DNA from: a virus
DNA: 64,000 bases
IMG/VR virus record: IMGVR_UViG_3300047552_000229
Location: 2,630-66,629 of that record
Direction: 5' to 3' (one strand)
Shown here: positions 16,475 through 26,376 of the stretch, one piece after another
Layout: each line of letters begins with the position of its first letter
How positions within the stretch are numbered: the first letter of the stretch is position 1
Translations under genes and position numbers: made by a program
Notes under the pieces: model-generated
The model's input: the letters and a program-made list of their open reading frames with translations, nothing else
Database searches by the model: none
Told to the model about the DNA's origin: nothing

Positions 16475-17318
16475 TACCACCCCAGTCGAAGAAGTAGTAG
16501 ACCGTGGAGATGTGATCGAAGAACCGGTAGTAGAGGTAACGCCGGAAGAGATTGAGGCAGTAGTACCTGCTGCGGCGGAAGAGCCTGTAGCGGAAGCGCC
16601 TAAAGAGGAACTGACAATCCCCAAGGCTCGCTTTGACGAAGCTCGTGAGCAGGCCAAATTGCTTCAGGCAGAACTTGAAGCGGCTAAGCAGCAGTTGGCC
16701 GCACAAGTTCCTAGTGCCGACATTCAGGCAGCGGAACAGCAGATCGGTGCGCTGTACGATCAGTATGCAGAACTCGCTGCTGATATGAAGTTCAAGGAAG
16801 CGGCCGCAGCCCTGCGCGAAGCCCGTCGCATTGAAGGCGAGATCGAGGTCTATAAGGCCGCTCAGTTCTCCGTTCGTGCACGTGACGAGGCGCTTGACCG
16901 CGTTAGCATGAACAGCGTGATCGATAAGATGGAAGCGCAGTATGATGTGATCAACCCCAACTCGGACAAGTACGACCAGTCTGTAGTGGACGAGATCAAG
17001 GAGTTGCAGGGTTTGTACGCTTCTCGCGGCATTTCCGCCACAGCAGCACTGCAAAAGGCTTCCAAGTACGTTCTTGCCCCTTACAATCAGGTCGCTCCAG
17101 AGACTAAGAAGGAAGTTGGTCTTGAGCGTCAGTCCGCAGCTAAGGCGAAAGCAGCCAGAGCAGCTACGTCTCAGCCTGCTAGCGCAGACGCAGTTGGTCT
17201 GGGCAGCGACAAGAGCGGTCACACCCTCACAGCAGAAGCAATCATGAGCATGTCTCAGGATCAGTTTGCCAAACTTGGCGAGGATGCCCTCGCTAAACTG
17301 CGCGGAGATACTCTGTAA
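16467..17318 (+). CDS. capsid scaffolding protein
   Basis: Acidic N-terminus, IPKARFDE, helical body, C-terminal IMSMSQDQFAKL...LRGD; lies between portal and capsid. Confidence 0.85.
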   Translation: MSDTTPVEEVVDRGDVIEEPVVEVTPEEIEAVVPAAAEEPVAEAPKEELTIPKARFDEAREQAKLLQAELEAAKQQLAAQVPSADIQAAEQQIGALYDQYAELAADMKFKEAAAALREARRIEGEIEVYKAAQFSVRARDEALDRVSMNSVIDKMEAQYDVINPNSDKYDQSVVDEIKELQGLYASRGISATAALQKASKYVLAPYNQVAPETKKEVGLERQSAAKAKAARAATSQPASADAVGLGSDKSGHTLTAEAIMSMSQDQFAKLGEDALAKLRGDTL

Positions 17319-17686
17319 TGGCACACAGCACCGGGAAAGCAGCGCAGTTCATCATGTTGATGTTTCATTCGCGCACTCTTGCGCATATGCAGCACCTTCA
17401 GACGCGCTCTTTCGCGGCGCACAAGGCCCTTAACGAGTACTACGACGGTATCATCGACCTTGTCGATGCCTTCGCAGAGGAATATCAAGGGCACTACGGC
17501 ATTATCGAAGGGTATCCGACCACTTTTCACGTAACTAAGGACTCGGTAGAGATGCTTGAGGTCCTTAGAGAGTGGGTAGAGAAGAACCGGAAGGACATCA
17601 CCGACAAGTCGTCGTTACAGAATCAGATCGACACTATTGTCGAGTTGATAAGCAGCACCCTTTATAAACTGAAGTTCCTAAAATAA
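17318..17686 (+). CDS. ferritin/Dps-like protein (DUF5856-like)
   Basis: HxxH..T.SFAAHKAL.EYYD.I.DL.D.FAE.YQG.YG and LQN.ID...S.LYKL.FL motifs. Confidence 0.8.
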   Translation: MAHSTGKAAQFIMLMFHSRTLAHMQHLQTRSFAAHKALNEYYDGIIDLVDAFAEEYQGHYGIIEGYPTTFHVTKDSVEMLEVLREWVEKNRKDITDKSSLQNQIDTIVELISSTLYKLKFLK

Positions 17687-17696
17687 GGAGGTGATC

Positions 17697-17741
17697 ATGT
17701 CCGGTAAGTGTGGAAAAGGTAAGAAACCACCTAAGAAATAA
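17697..17741 (+). CDS. 14-aa basic peptide MSGKCGKGKKPPKK
   Basis: Directly preceded by TAAGGAGGTGATC and followed by a terminator. Confidence 0.55.
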   Translation: MSGKCGKGKKPPKK

Positions 17742-17743
17742 CG

Positions 17744-17768
17744 AAAGGGGCTTGACGGCCCCTTTTTT
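17744..17768 (+). terminator. intrinsic terminator
   Basis: AAAGGGGC-TTGACG-GCCCCTTT followed by further T residues. Confidence 0.8.
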
Positions 17769-17781
17769 ATGCGCGTAAGAT
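17752..17781 (+). promoter_or_regulatory. sigma70-like promoter for the capsid gene
   Basis: TTGACG-N18-TAAGAT; the -35 box is the terminator loop. Confidence 0.55.
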
Positions 17782-17911
17782 ACACGTATCGCAATAGTGG
17801 ATGCGACATATCCACCCGGCTCGTCCCCGTTAAAGGTCGTTTCCGCACTTACTGCGACAGTGTAAGATCGAAGCAAAAAACGACATCTTTTAATGGGAAA
17901 GGAGTGCCAAA

Positions 17912-19027
17912 ATGGCATTGACCAACTTCGCAGCACTGACCACGGAACAAAAAACCGTCTGGTCTATGGACCTGTGGCGTCAAGCACGCAACATGTCCTT
18001 CGTAAACCGCTTTCTGGGCAAAGGCCCGAACAGCATGGTTCAACACATTACCGAACTGAAGAAGAGCGAAAAGGGTGCACGTGCAGTCATCACCCTGTTG
18101 GCTGATCTGACTGGTGACGGTGTCGCAGGTGATCGCGCACTGGAAGGTAACGAAGAAGCAATGAACACCTACGATAACGTGATTCGCATTGACCAACTGC
18201 GTCATGCTAACCGTCACGAAGGTCGTATGGCTGATCAGAAGTCTATCGTCGAGTTCCGTGGTAACAGCCGTGACGTTCTGGCTTACTGGTTGGCTGATCG
18301 TATCGACCAACTGGCTTTCCAAACCCTCGGTGGTATCACTTATGATTTCACTCCCGGCGGTAAGGCTCGTACCGGCTCTGACCTCATTAACCTTGAGTTC
18401 GCTGCTGATGTGTCCGCTCCTACCACCAACCGTATGTTGCGCGTGTCTGGTAACGGCACTACCGTCTCCGCAGACAACACCATCGCATCCCTGACTTCGA
18501 ACGATACGCTGACTTGGGCAGCTATCATCCAGATGAAGGCGTTTGCTAAGGACAACTACATCCGTGGCGTTAAGGACAACGGCGGTGAAGAGACTTATCA
18601 CCTGTTCGTTACCCCGCAAATGATGGCTAAGCTGAAGAAGGACCCAGACTGGCTCGCCGCTCTGCGTTACGCTCTGCCACGCGAAGCTAACAACCCGCTG
18701 TTCACTGGTGCAACCGTTAAGGTTGATGGTATTTACATCCACGAGTTCCGCCATGTGCCGAACAACAGTGGTATGGCTACCAAGACCGGTTGGGGCGCAG
18801 GTAACAACGTCAACGGTGGTTACGCTCTGTTCTGCGGTGCCCAAGCTCTCGGTATGGCCGACATCGGCAATCCGGAGTGGGTCGAGAAGGAGTTCGACTA
18901 CGGCAACCAACAAGGTATCTCGGTATCCAAGATTCTGGGCTTCAAGAAGCCGAAGTTCTGGACTCAATACCAAGCTACTCCTGCAACCGAAGACTTCGGC
19001 GTGATCCGCGTCGCTGTCGCACAGTAA
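17912..19027 (+). CDS. major capsid protein (N4-gp56/DUF4043-like)
   Basis: MALTNFA..., GVAGDRALEGNEE, IDQLRHA, EKEFDYGNQQGIS; strong codon bias; SD AAGGAG. Confidence 0.93.
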   Translation: MALTNFAALTTEQKTVWSMDLWRQARNMSFVNRFLGKGPNSMVQHITELKKSEKGARAVITLLADLTGDGVAGDRALEGNEEAMNTYDNVIRIDQLRHANRHEGRMADQKSIVEFRGNSRDVLAYWLADRIDQLAFQTLGGITYDFTPGGKARTGSDLINLEFAADVSAPTTNRMLRVSGNGTTVSADNTIASLTSNDTLTWAAIIQMKAFAKDNYIRGVKDNGGEETYHLFVTPQMMAKLKKDPDWLAALRYALPREANNPLFTGATVKVDGIYIHEFRHVPNNSGMATKTGWGAGNNVNGGYALFCGAQALGMADIGNPEWVEKEFDYGNQQGISVSKILGFKKPKFWTQYQATPATEDFGVIRVAVAQ

Positions 19028-19039
19028 GGAGCTTGAATC

Positions 19040-19501
19040 ATGGCACTTTTGAAAGCTACTCGTGGCGCTCAGAACCCTCTGGTTGCTGAGTTTATCTTCA
19101 ACTTCAACGACACCATGAAGGATGTCAACGGCGTAGAAAAGACCTTTGGTTCTGTCTATACCGACGCAGGCACCTTCGAAGTAATCCCTCTGCCTGTCGG
19201 CGCAGTGATCACCGGTGGTGAAGTTATTGTGGAAACCCAAGGTGTCGGTCCTACCGCCTACACCGTGACTGTTGGTGACTCCGGCGACGGCGACATTCAC
19301 ACCAACAACACCACGGTGAGCTTGCTTGGATCGTCCGGTACTCGTACCGCGCTGACCTTGATCGGCTCGCTGCGTTCGCAGGATGGTAAAAACATCCGTA
19401 TTACCATCGGATCGACTGTTGCTAACGCGACTGCCGGTAAGTTCCGCGTCCGTGTTGAGTACACTGTGGATGGTCGTCAGACCGAAGCAATCGGCGCTTA
19501 A
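19040..19501 (+). CDS. capsid decoration/cement protein
   Basis: Directly after the major capsid gene, same codon bias, beta-rich with LPVGAVITGG and AGKFRVRVEY. Confidence 0.7.
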   Translation: MALLKATRGAQNPLVAEFIFNFNDTMKDVNGVEKTFGSVYTDAGTFEVIPLPVGAVITGGEVIVETQGVGPTAYTVTVGDSGDGDIHTNNTTVSLLGSSGTRTALTLIGSLRSQDGKNIRITIGSTVANATAGKFRVRVEYTVDGRQTEAIGA

Positions 19502-19527
19502 CTTGCACTGATGGCTGTTTGATGTAG

Positions 19528-19562
19528 AATAGGGACTACCTCGGTAGTCCCTATTTCTTTTT
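19528..19562 (+). terminator. intrinsic terminator after the capsid genes
   Basis: AATAGGGACTAC-CTCG-GTAGTCCCTATT followed by TCTTTTT. Confidence 0.88.
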
Positions 19563-19573
19563 GGAGAACACAA

Positions 19574-19957
19574 ATGCCAATGATGACCCTGAACCGCAAC
19601 GCAAACTGTTTTGTGGGATGCGGTACAGTAACTTTTGTTAAGGGCGAGCCTACTTTCGTTCCTGACTACATGGTATCAGCAGCAGTATCGCTCGGCGCAC
19701 AACCTAGCGACGCAAAAGAAGCAAAGGCAGTAGAGAAGGCCATCGAAGTATCAGAAAAGCTGCCAGAACCGATCGGTTCTGTCCGCGAACAGCAGATCAA
19801 GGCAGTACTGCTTGAAATCCAAGCAGTAAATAACCCCGAAGAGTTCACAGCTACTGGCCTCCCAAGTGAAGGTGCAGTAACTGCTCGTTTAGGGTATGCT
19901 ATCAGCAAGAAAGAGCGCGAAACCGCTTGGAAAGCCATCATCGAAAAGGCTGAGTAA
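19574..19957 (+). CDS. hypothetical virion-assembly protein
   Basis: SD GGAG; FTATGLPS motif; coupled to the next gene. Confidence 0.7.
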   Translation: MPMMTLNRNANCFVGCGTVTFVKGEPTFVPDYMVSAAVSLGAQPSDAKEAKAVEKAIEVSEKLPEPIGSVREQQIKAVLLEIQAVNNPEEFTATGLPSEGAVTARLGYAISKKERETAWKAIIEKAE

Positions 19958-20634
19958 TGAACTCCAACGAACTCCTAGATAAATTCCGTATCGAGGTCTT
20001 TGACTTCACCCAACCCTATCTGTGGTCGGACGAAGAAATCTATGAGTTCATGGACGACGCTCAGAAGATGTTCTGTCGTATGGGAGAAGGCATCCCTGAC
20101 TCAACATCTTCTATTACACAGCTTTCGTACGCCGCAGGGGATGTATTTATCCCTATTGACCCTCGTATCCTCAAGATACGTAAGGTAACACGCGCTGCCG
20201 ATCACAAGAACGTGCTTTTCGTGAACTTCGAAGATATTGGGCACAATATCACCGAAGATTATCGCAAACCCGTATATGACGAGCTTGACGACAGAACCGG
20301 CGAAGTGACAAGCATCATTCTTGGTATGGAGCAGGATCAAGTGCGCTTGGTCAAGATTCCAGAGACCACCGGCACGCTGAACATGATCGTGTTCCGCCTT
20401 CCCTCAGAGGATATCGTGGGGGCAGGGCAGGACTTCGAAATCCATCAGCAACACCACATTAACCTCCTACATTGGATGAAGCACCGTGCTTACAGCAAGC
20501 ACGATGCAGAAACCTTCAATGTAGGCAAGGCAGTTGAGTTCGAGCAGCGCTTTATGCAGTACTGCGAAAAGGCCCGAGTAGAAGCCGAGACTCGTAAGCA
20601 CAAGCCTCGTACCGTTATCTACGGAGGATACTAA
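19957..20634 (+). CDS. head-tail adaptor protein
   Basis: D...PYLWSDEEI...DDAQ..FCR, H..LLHW..HRAYSKHDAETF; gene position. Confidence 0.75.
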   Translation: MNSNELLDKFRIEVFDFTQPYLWSDEEIYEFMDDAQKMFCRMGEGIPDSTSSITQLSYAAGDVFIPIDPRILKIRKVTRAADHKNVLFVNFEDIGHNITEDYRKPVYDELDDRTGEVTSIILGMEQDQVRLVKIPETTGTLNMIVFRLPSEDIVGAGQDFEIHQQHHINLLHWMKHRAYSKHDAETFNVGKAVEFEQRFMQYCEKARVEAETRKHKPRTVIYGGY

Positions 20635-21251
20635 TGGCTGCTAAGCAAGATTTGACGATCAAACAGGGCAGCACCTTTACACGGGTGCTGCGGTGGGAGT
20701 CTCCCCCGTATATCTACAAGACGATCTCTGGTATCACCAAAGCAGCCCCCGCCGTCGTGACGGCTACGGGTCATGGCGTCCCTGATGGATGGCGTGTCGC
20801 CATCGCGTCTGTTAAAGGGATGACCCAGATCAACGCTGTGAACTCGCCTCCGAAGTCTACCGACTTCTACCGCGCTACTGTGATGAACGCCAATGAGATC
20901 GAGTTGAACGAGGTGAACAGCCTCGACTACGGTACACACACCGGCAACACAGGCACACTGATCTACATGACGCCAGTGGACCTCGCAGGGTATACAGCCC
21001 GCATGACGATCCGTGACAAGATCGGCGGTACGGTACTGGCCTCTACGGAGATAGTGCACGACCCGTTGGATGTCATCACGATCACACTGGATAACGCCGA
21101 CAAGACCATCACCATCAACATCCCGTCTGACGACACCACAGCGTTTACGTGGGTGTCTGGCGTGTACGACTTGGAGATGGTGTCAGGCACAGGAGTAGTA
21201 ACCGACCTGATCTACGGGAAGGTAACTGTTGAGAAAGAGGTGACGACATGA
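20634..21251 (+). CDS. tail-associated protein with an E1-FCCH-like beta domain
   Basis: DLTIKQGSTF...ITKAAPAVVTATGHG...VKGMTQIN...DLAGYTARMTIR...GVYDLEM. Confidence 0.7.
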   Translation: MAAKQDLTIKQGSTFTRVLRWESPPYIYKTISGITKAAPAVVTATGHGVPDGWRVAIASVKGMTQINAVNSPPKSTDFYRATVMNANEIELNEVNSLDYGTHTGNTGTLIYMTPVDLAGYTARMTIRDKIGGTVLASTEIVHDPLDVITITLDNADKTITINIPSDDTTAFTWVSGVYDLEMVSGTGVVTDLIYGKVTVEKEVTT

Positions 21252-21451
21252 TGATGGCTCAGGGCAATCTGGTGATTGTCGATGCGCGTAAGGTGTTCTG
21301 GCGTGGTTGGGCAGTGCCCGGCATCGAGAGTCTGCGCGTCGTGTCTATCGGTGAAGATGTGACTGTGAAGCTACGCCTAGCCCACGGAGCCGACAAAGCC
21401 CTTGTGGCGGACTTAACTGCCGCAGGCATTCAAGTGAGGGTTAAGCGATGA
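21248..21451 (+). CDS. small hypothetical structural-region protein
   Basis: ATGA overlaps at both ends. Confidence 0.6.
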   Translation: MMMAQGNLVIVDARKVFWRGWAVPGIESLRVVSIGEDVTVKLRLAHGADKALVADLTAAGIQVRVKR

Positions 21452-21678
21452 GTGAGTTTCTTCTGGTTGTGCCGGAGGGTTGGTCCCAACTCGACTGGCA
21501 GGTGATTACCAACAGTGTTCCCGGTATGGACTACGGCGGCACGATGAACATGATCAACAGCAACAACTACGCTGACATGAACGATAAGCTGAAGGAAGCA
21601 GGGATCATCCCCGCTGACTATTCAATCGCAGAAGCCAGACTTATCGACGATACGTACTTCTTAGTGCGTCTGGGGTAA
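21448..21678 (+). CDS. small hypothetical structural-region protein
   Basis: ATGA overlap; 76 aa. Confidence 0.65.
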   Translation: MSEFLLVVPEGWSQLDWQVITNSVPGMDYGGTMNMINSNNYADMNDKLKEAGIIPADYSIAEARLIDDTYFLVRLG

Positions 21679-21681
21679 GCC

Positions 21682-24273
21682 TTGACGGCTTTCACGCTTG
21701 CCGCCAACGCAACGCTTCGGGATGTCGGCAACGCCGGTATCTGGGGTGTAGCTACGGCGCGAACCGGCGGCGATACGGTAGATACCAACGGCTTCAAGCT
21801 GACCATCGACCAAGACAGCCGCTACGGTCTGTCTGGCACCACAAGCACTACATGGGGCAACCTCACGATCAACGCCGCCAAGGGCGGGGAAATCCACATA
21901 GACGGCACGAAAGTCTGGATGATCCCATTCACTGGCGGGTCGGGCACGCTCACTCTGGGCACGCAGATCACCATAGGCGGCATTACATGTAACACCATCG
22001 GCATATACACCGCGCTGAACGTCGCTCCTGCGACCACAGGCGCGTCCGGATGGCTTAAGGTTACGAATGCATCAGGAACGCCGGGAACGATCTCTAGCGG
22101 CACCTACGCAGGCTTTACACTCACAGCCAATGGCGCAGCCATCCGTGGGTTCATCGAGGTTGTGGGCGACGCAAACACTGCTCCGGCTACGTGTAACTGC
22201 AACCGACTCGGTACATTCCGCGTAACTGGTGAGTGGTTCGAGATTGGTACCACTTCCGGTACATCGAATCAGACCATGCAAATCCCCAGTAACGGTGTGG
22301 CTAGGTATGTAGCGGGTGTGTACATCGAGGCTACGTCCGGTGCGGGCGACTACGAGTTCTGGCCGAACGCGGGTACGACGACCACTACCGGTACAGAAGC
22401 CGCACGCGGCAAGGTAGTCTGGATCGACGCCACAGGACTGTGCCGCATCGGTAACTCCGGTGCTGCGACCAACGGACACACCCCGACATCGGGGCGCAAG
22501 GTAGTCGTCCCGAACATCTTCTTCGAGAACGCGGACAGCGCGGCGCGCACGGCCAATGTGATTCCGCACGCAACGGTTACGAACCGCTACGACTTCACCA
22601 CTACAGGCGCAGGCGTGTTGGAGATCGACAAGTGCAACATGGCTTGGTACCTATCAGTATCGCAGGCGTACTCGTGCAACATCAGCAACTCGTGCTTCGT
22701 AGACGCCATCCTACTGGATGAAATTGCTACGCCGATGACCTTCACGAAGGTCGGTGTGGGTAACAAGCCTACCACTGCCCTCTCCACAAACCCGCTGACC
22801 ATCACAGAATGCTTCGCGGGCGGCACGTTCACGGACTGCGTGTGGGCACGGGTGACACTGGCCGCGTCAGGCAACAACATCAACGTGCTCACGGACGTGT
22901 CTGGATTTACGTTCGTCAGGAATATTGCCAGAGCGAACACCATCCGAGGTAACGCCACCACATACGCGTGGATCATCACCCGCGCCTCGAACTGTACTTG
23001 GACAGATGCGACAAATATTGAAGGCGCCTTCAACATGTCGTCATGCACAGGTCTTACTTGGACAGGCACTACAACACATGTGAGCGCAGTGTCTGGCACC
23101 ACCGTGACTACGTACACCGGTTACGTGTGGATGGCGACGAACTTCTCGTCCAACATCCTTATCAACAGTAACCTGTCGCTACCGGTTACGAACACACAGC
23201 CGTACACGTCCGTGCTTCAGGTGACTTCAGGCAGCTACAACATCAAGTTGCGCAACATCGGCACCCGCGCAGCGCCTGTGAGCCTTGGGTCTACCAACAA
23301 CACTGGTAACGTCGTGGAACTTACCGCGTCCTGCTCGGACGTTAAGGTACAACGTGTGTATGTGTCCAACACCCGTACTTCGTTCTCTAGCTGCGACAAC
23401 TCTGTGTACCGCGTGCTTATCGAAAGCTGCGCCGGGGATTACGCCGACGCGGACGGTTGGGTAGGCAACAACATGACCATACGGGCCTTGGGCAACACCG
23501 GCTCCGCTACGGCCTTCGCTGCTGTGTACGGTACGCACATGGGCGATGTGTTCACGTCCACCACCGCAGGGCGCATATACATCCGCCTCAACGAAGCGAA
23601 TGCGGCTACTGCCAGTTACATCACGCTGACCGGTGGCGCGGCCTTCACCGGCGCAGGCGCTCTGTATATGCCTACCATCGGCATGTCCTGCACTTTCGAG
23701 ATGCAGTACTACGCTCTGGGTCACACAGCCTTTGCGAATTCCGCCTTGATCATGGCGGGCGGTACTGCTACGAACTACACATACGAGTACGCCATCGACA
23801 AGAACGACGGTAACGGCTACAGCACGATGACCTCATCGGCGTACACAGCCACTACCCTCGGTACTGCACTCAGCGGCATCACCGGCATCGACGCAAGCAA
23901 GGGCTTCAAGCTGAAGCTGAAGATGACCACTGGCACGACCAACACCACTGCCATCACGTCGGCGTACATCACTACCGTGAGCACTACGACAGCGCAGGAC
24001 TACCAGTACCCGCTCGACACGAACACAGTCACTTTCACCGGCCTGCCAACAGGCTGTGATGCCGTGACTCTTACTGCCGGAACAAGTACAATCCTAGACA
24101 GTAAAGACAGCATGGCGGGTACGAGTTATAGTTTCACGTATTCGGGAGCGCAGAACGTAGACGTAGGGTTCCTTAAGCCGGGGTATGTGCCGTTCTACAT
24201 ACGAAATCTGGCCCTTACAACTACTGACGCATCCATTCCTGTATCACTTACGGTAGATCGCAACTACGCCTAA
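21682..24273 (+). CDS. large beta-helix-like spike/fibre protein (863 aa)
   Basis: T/N/G/S-rich with repeated short beta-strand patterns; TTG start. Confidence 0.65.
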   Translation: MTAFTLAANATLRDVGNAGIWGVATARTGGDTVDTNGFKLTIDQDSRYGLSGTTSTTWGNLTINAAKGGEIHIDGTKVWMIPFTGGSGTLTLGTQITIGGITCNTIGIYTALNVAPATTGASGWLKVTNASGTPGTISSGTYAGFTLTANGAAIRGFIEVVGDANTAPATCNCNRLGTFRVTGEWFEIGTTSGTSNQTMQIPSNGVARYVAGVYIEATSGAGDYEFWPNAGTTTTTGTEAARGKVVWIDATGLCRIGNSGAATNGHTPTSGRKVVVPNIFFENADSAARTANVIPHATVTNRYDFTTTGAGVLEIDKCNMAWYLSVSQAYSCNISNSCFVDAILLDEIATPMTFTKVGVGNKPTTALSTNPLTITECFAGGTFTDCVWARVTLAASGNNINVLTDVSGFTFVRNIARANTIRGNATTYAWIITRASNCTWTDATNIEGAFNMSSCTGLTWTGTTTHVSAVSGTTVTTYTGYVWMATNFSSNILINSNLSLPVTNTQPYTSVLQVTSGSYNIKLRNIGTRAAPVSLGSTNNTGNVVELTASCSDVKVQRVYVSNTRTSFSSCDNSVYRVLIESCAGDYADADGWVGNNMTIRALGNTGSATAFAAVYGTHMGDVFTSTTAGRIYIRLNEANAATASYITLTGGAAFTGAGALYMPTIGMSCTFEMQYYALGHTAFANSALIMAGGTATNYTYEYAIDKNDGNGYSTMTSSAYTATTLGTALSGITGIDASKGFKLKLKMTTGTTNTTAITSAYITTVSTTTAQDYQYPLDTNTVTFTGLPTGCDAVTLTAGTSTILDSKDSMAGTSYSFTYSGAQNVDVGFLKPGYVPFYIRNLALTTTDASIPVSLTVDRNYA

Positions 24274-24285
24274 AGGAGATCAATC

Positions 24286-25680
24286 ATGGCGAAAATTACA
24301 GACAAAGACGACTTGATCGTCGGCACCAACCTGACAATCGACGAACCTAACAAGGTAATCACCCTCAACGTGGGCGGTACTCTGGTCGCTAAGGACGGCG
24401 TGACGCTTCAGGCGCTGTACTCCAAGCTAGTCGACCTCTGGGCTACAAGTACCTACCAAGACAGTCCGTTCCCCATGTACGCAATCGACGCGCTGTCTGG
24501 TCAGTTCCAGATCGGTACTGACGGCTCTACGTACTCAGGGTGGAAGTTCAGCGACACTGACTCGGATGCTACGCGCAATATGCTGCGTGACGGTGGTTGG
24601 TCTGAATACTCCGCCGCAGGCGCGCTGTTGCAACAGTACGCGGGCTTCGTGGGCTTGGGTTCGATCACTCCGGCAACTACCTGTCAGCCGTATTACCATC
24701 TGGCATCGACAGATGACCCTACCGACTTCCCGTTTACTGATCAGTTCAACGTCGGTATTCGCGTCTTCGGTGATGCTACGCACGGCAGCTTCGACAAGCG
24801 TACCTATGCCAAGACCTTCATCCGTGAGTACGGCAAGAAGTTCAAGTCCTCCATCTTGGCTGATACCGGCGCTACCGGTACCGGCGCGAACAAGGTCAAC
24901 TTCCTTGTCTCCAACGAAGACGACTTGAAGATCACCACGCTGCTCGGTGCAGTTCAGGCAACTGGTGACGCCGCCATGTCCGGTGCTCCGTACTCCGGCA
25001 TTACCGTGTCCTACTACACTGCCAACCAGTCTCGCACCATCGCAGGCGTTGCTCGTGACTTCAAGATCATCATTCAGGGCAACGGCGGTACGCTTGAGCA
25101 GATATACGCCAAGATTCAGTACCTGCTGCGCCAGAGCACGGACATCAACACAAGCGGCACTGCGGGCGTCAAGAAGGGCAAGATTCAGGACGAACTGCTG
25201 CGCTTCGTGGGTGACACTCTGGTAACTAGCCAGTCTGTCTACATCGACGGCGTGCTCCCGGCGGACTCCAACCGTGTCGAGTTCTACGACGATACCAACA
25301 CCCTGCGTGTTAACAACTACACCGCAGCCGGTACGCTTGAGTTCAACTCCGTTCTGGTGGGTGCAGGGTCTAGCTACCGCTTGATGTTCACTTCTCCTCC
25401 CGGAGCAGGTAACGACTACGGCGAATCCGGGGCCATCACTGTTAACAACGCAGCGGGTAGCCCGATCACCGGCACAGTCAGCGCAGGCGTCATCAACTTC
25501 GACTTCGACTGGAACGGCAATACACAGGGCGGATACTCAGGCAGCACAGAGCGTCCAGTGACTTTGATCGCAATTCGACCCGGATACGGTAAGTTCGCAG
25601 TTGGTACCGGTACGATTACGCAGTCCAAGTCCATCAAGATCACGGCAACCGCCGAAGCAGATCGTGTGTACGCTGCATAA
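24286..25680 (+). CDS. virion structural protein (464 aa)
   Basis: SD AAGGAG; N-terminal domain TLQALYSKLVDLW...FPM...GWK. Confidence 0.7.
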   Translation: MAKITDKDDLIVGTNLTIDEPNKVITLNVGGTLVAKDGVTLQALYSKLVDLWATSTYQDSPFPMYAIDALSGQFQIGTDGSTYSGWKFSDTDSDATRNMLRDGGWSEYSAAGALLQQYAGFVGLGSITPATTCQPYYHLASTDDPTDFPFTDQFNVGIRVFGDATHGSFDKRTYAKTFIREYGKKFKSSILADTGATGTGANKVNFLVSNEDDLKITTLLGAVQATGDAAMSGAPYSGITVSYYTANQSRTIAGVARDFKIIIQGNGGTLEQIYAKIQYLLRQSTDINTSGTAGVKKGKIQDELLRFVGDTLVTSQSVYIDGVLPADSNRVEFYDDTNTLRVNNYTAAGTLEFNSVLVGAGSSYRLMFTSPPGAGNDYGESGAITVNNAAGSPITGTVSAGVINFDFDWNGNTQGGYSGSTERPVTLIAIRPGYGKFAVGTGTITQSKSIKITATAEADRVYAA

Positions 25681-25689
25681 GGAAGCCAA

Positions 25690-26376
25690 GTGGCAATCAC
25701 CTTCGATGGCGTTACCAAGCTCGCCACGCTCTCCGCAGGTACGACTGCATTATCAGTAGTCGATCTGTGGAGTAGGTGGGAGGATTGGGTTGCGACTGGG
25801 GATAATAGCAAGTACCTGCCGATGTTCGTTTCAGTCGGCGGTAACACTATTGACGCCGGTGCAGGTACGTCAGTACCGCTGTATTGCTTCCTAGTCAACG
25901 GATGGAGAGTAAAGCCCCAAGAGGCTAACCACTCCCTGTCCGTGACCGGTGGCGTACTGCTAGTCGATGGTGGCGGCGACCCGTTCGTAAACACTACCGG
26001 CGTGTACAACGTGCGGATCAGCTATTCGCAGCCTGTGCAGGCCATCACTGTAGCCACAGGCGGCGGTGGCGGCACTACCGCAGCAGACGTGTGGGCGTAC
26101 GCGAACAGGTCGCTCACATCGAGCCTTGACCCTACCGCAGTGGATGTCGCTCTGGCGATGCGCACGGAACTGGCAGCGGAACTGGCTATGCTCGACGCAG
26201 CCATCTCCACCAGACTCGCTACGCTTGGGTACACAGCACCTCCGGCAGCGTCGGCAGTAGCCGCAGAGGTTCTGTCCGCAGCGCAGGCAGCACCTATCCA
26301 TGCAGACACCAAGAAGATGAACGGAGCGGCTGTAACCGGTACCGGTACGTCAGTCGATAAATGGCGCGGTGTTTGA
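25690..26376 (+). CDS. virion structural protein (228 aa)
   Basis: GTG start after TAAGGA; N-terminal domain SVVDLWSRWEDW...LPM...GWR resembles that of the previous gene. Confidence 0.7.
   Translation: MAITFDGVTKLATLSAGTTALSVVDLWSRWEDWVATGDNSKYLPMFVSVGGNTIDAGAGTSVPLYCFLVNGWRVKPQEANHSLSVTGGVLLVDGGGDPFVNTTGVYNVRISYSQPVQAITVATGGGGGTTAADVWAYANRSLTSSLDPTAVDVALAMRTELAAELAMLDAAISTRLATLGYTAPPAASAVAAEVLSAAQAAPIHADTKKMNGAAVTGTGTSVDKWRGV

Noticed and set aside
17849-19573. 574-aa antisense ORF across the capsid genes
   Set aside because: Shadow of the strongly biased capsid codons; no SD, no motifs, and it crosses a terminator.
20634-21251. Ubiquitin-like system suggested by the E1-FCCH-like domain
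   Set aside because: This beta domain is common in phage tail proteins; no E1 adenylation, E2 or JAB genes are present.
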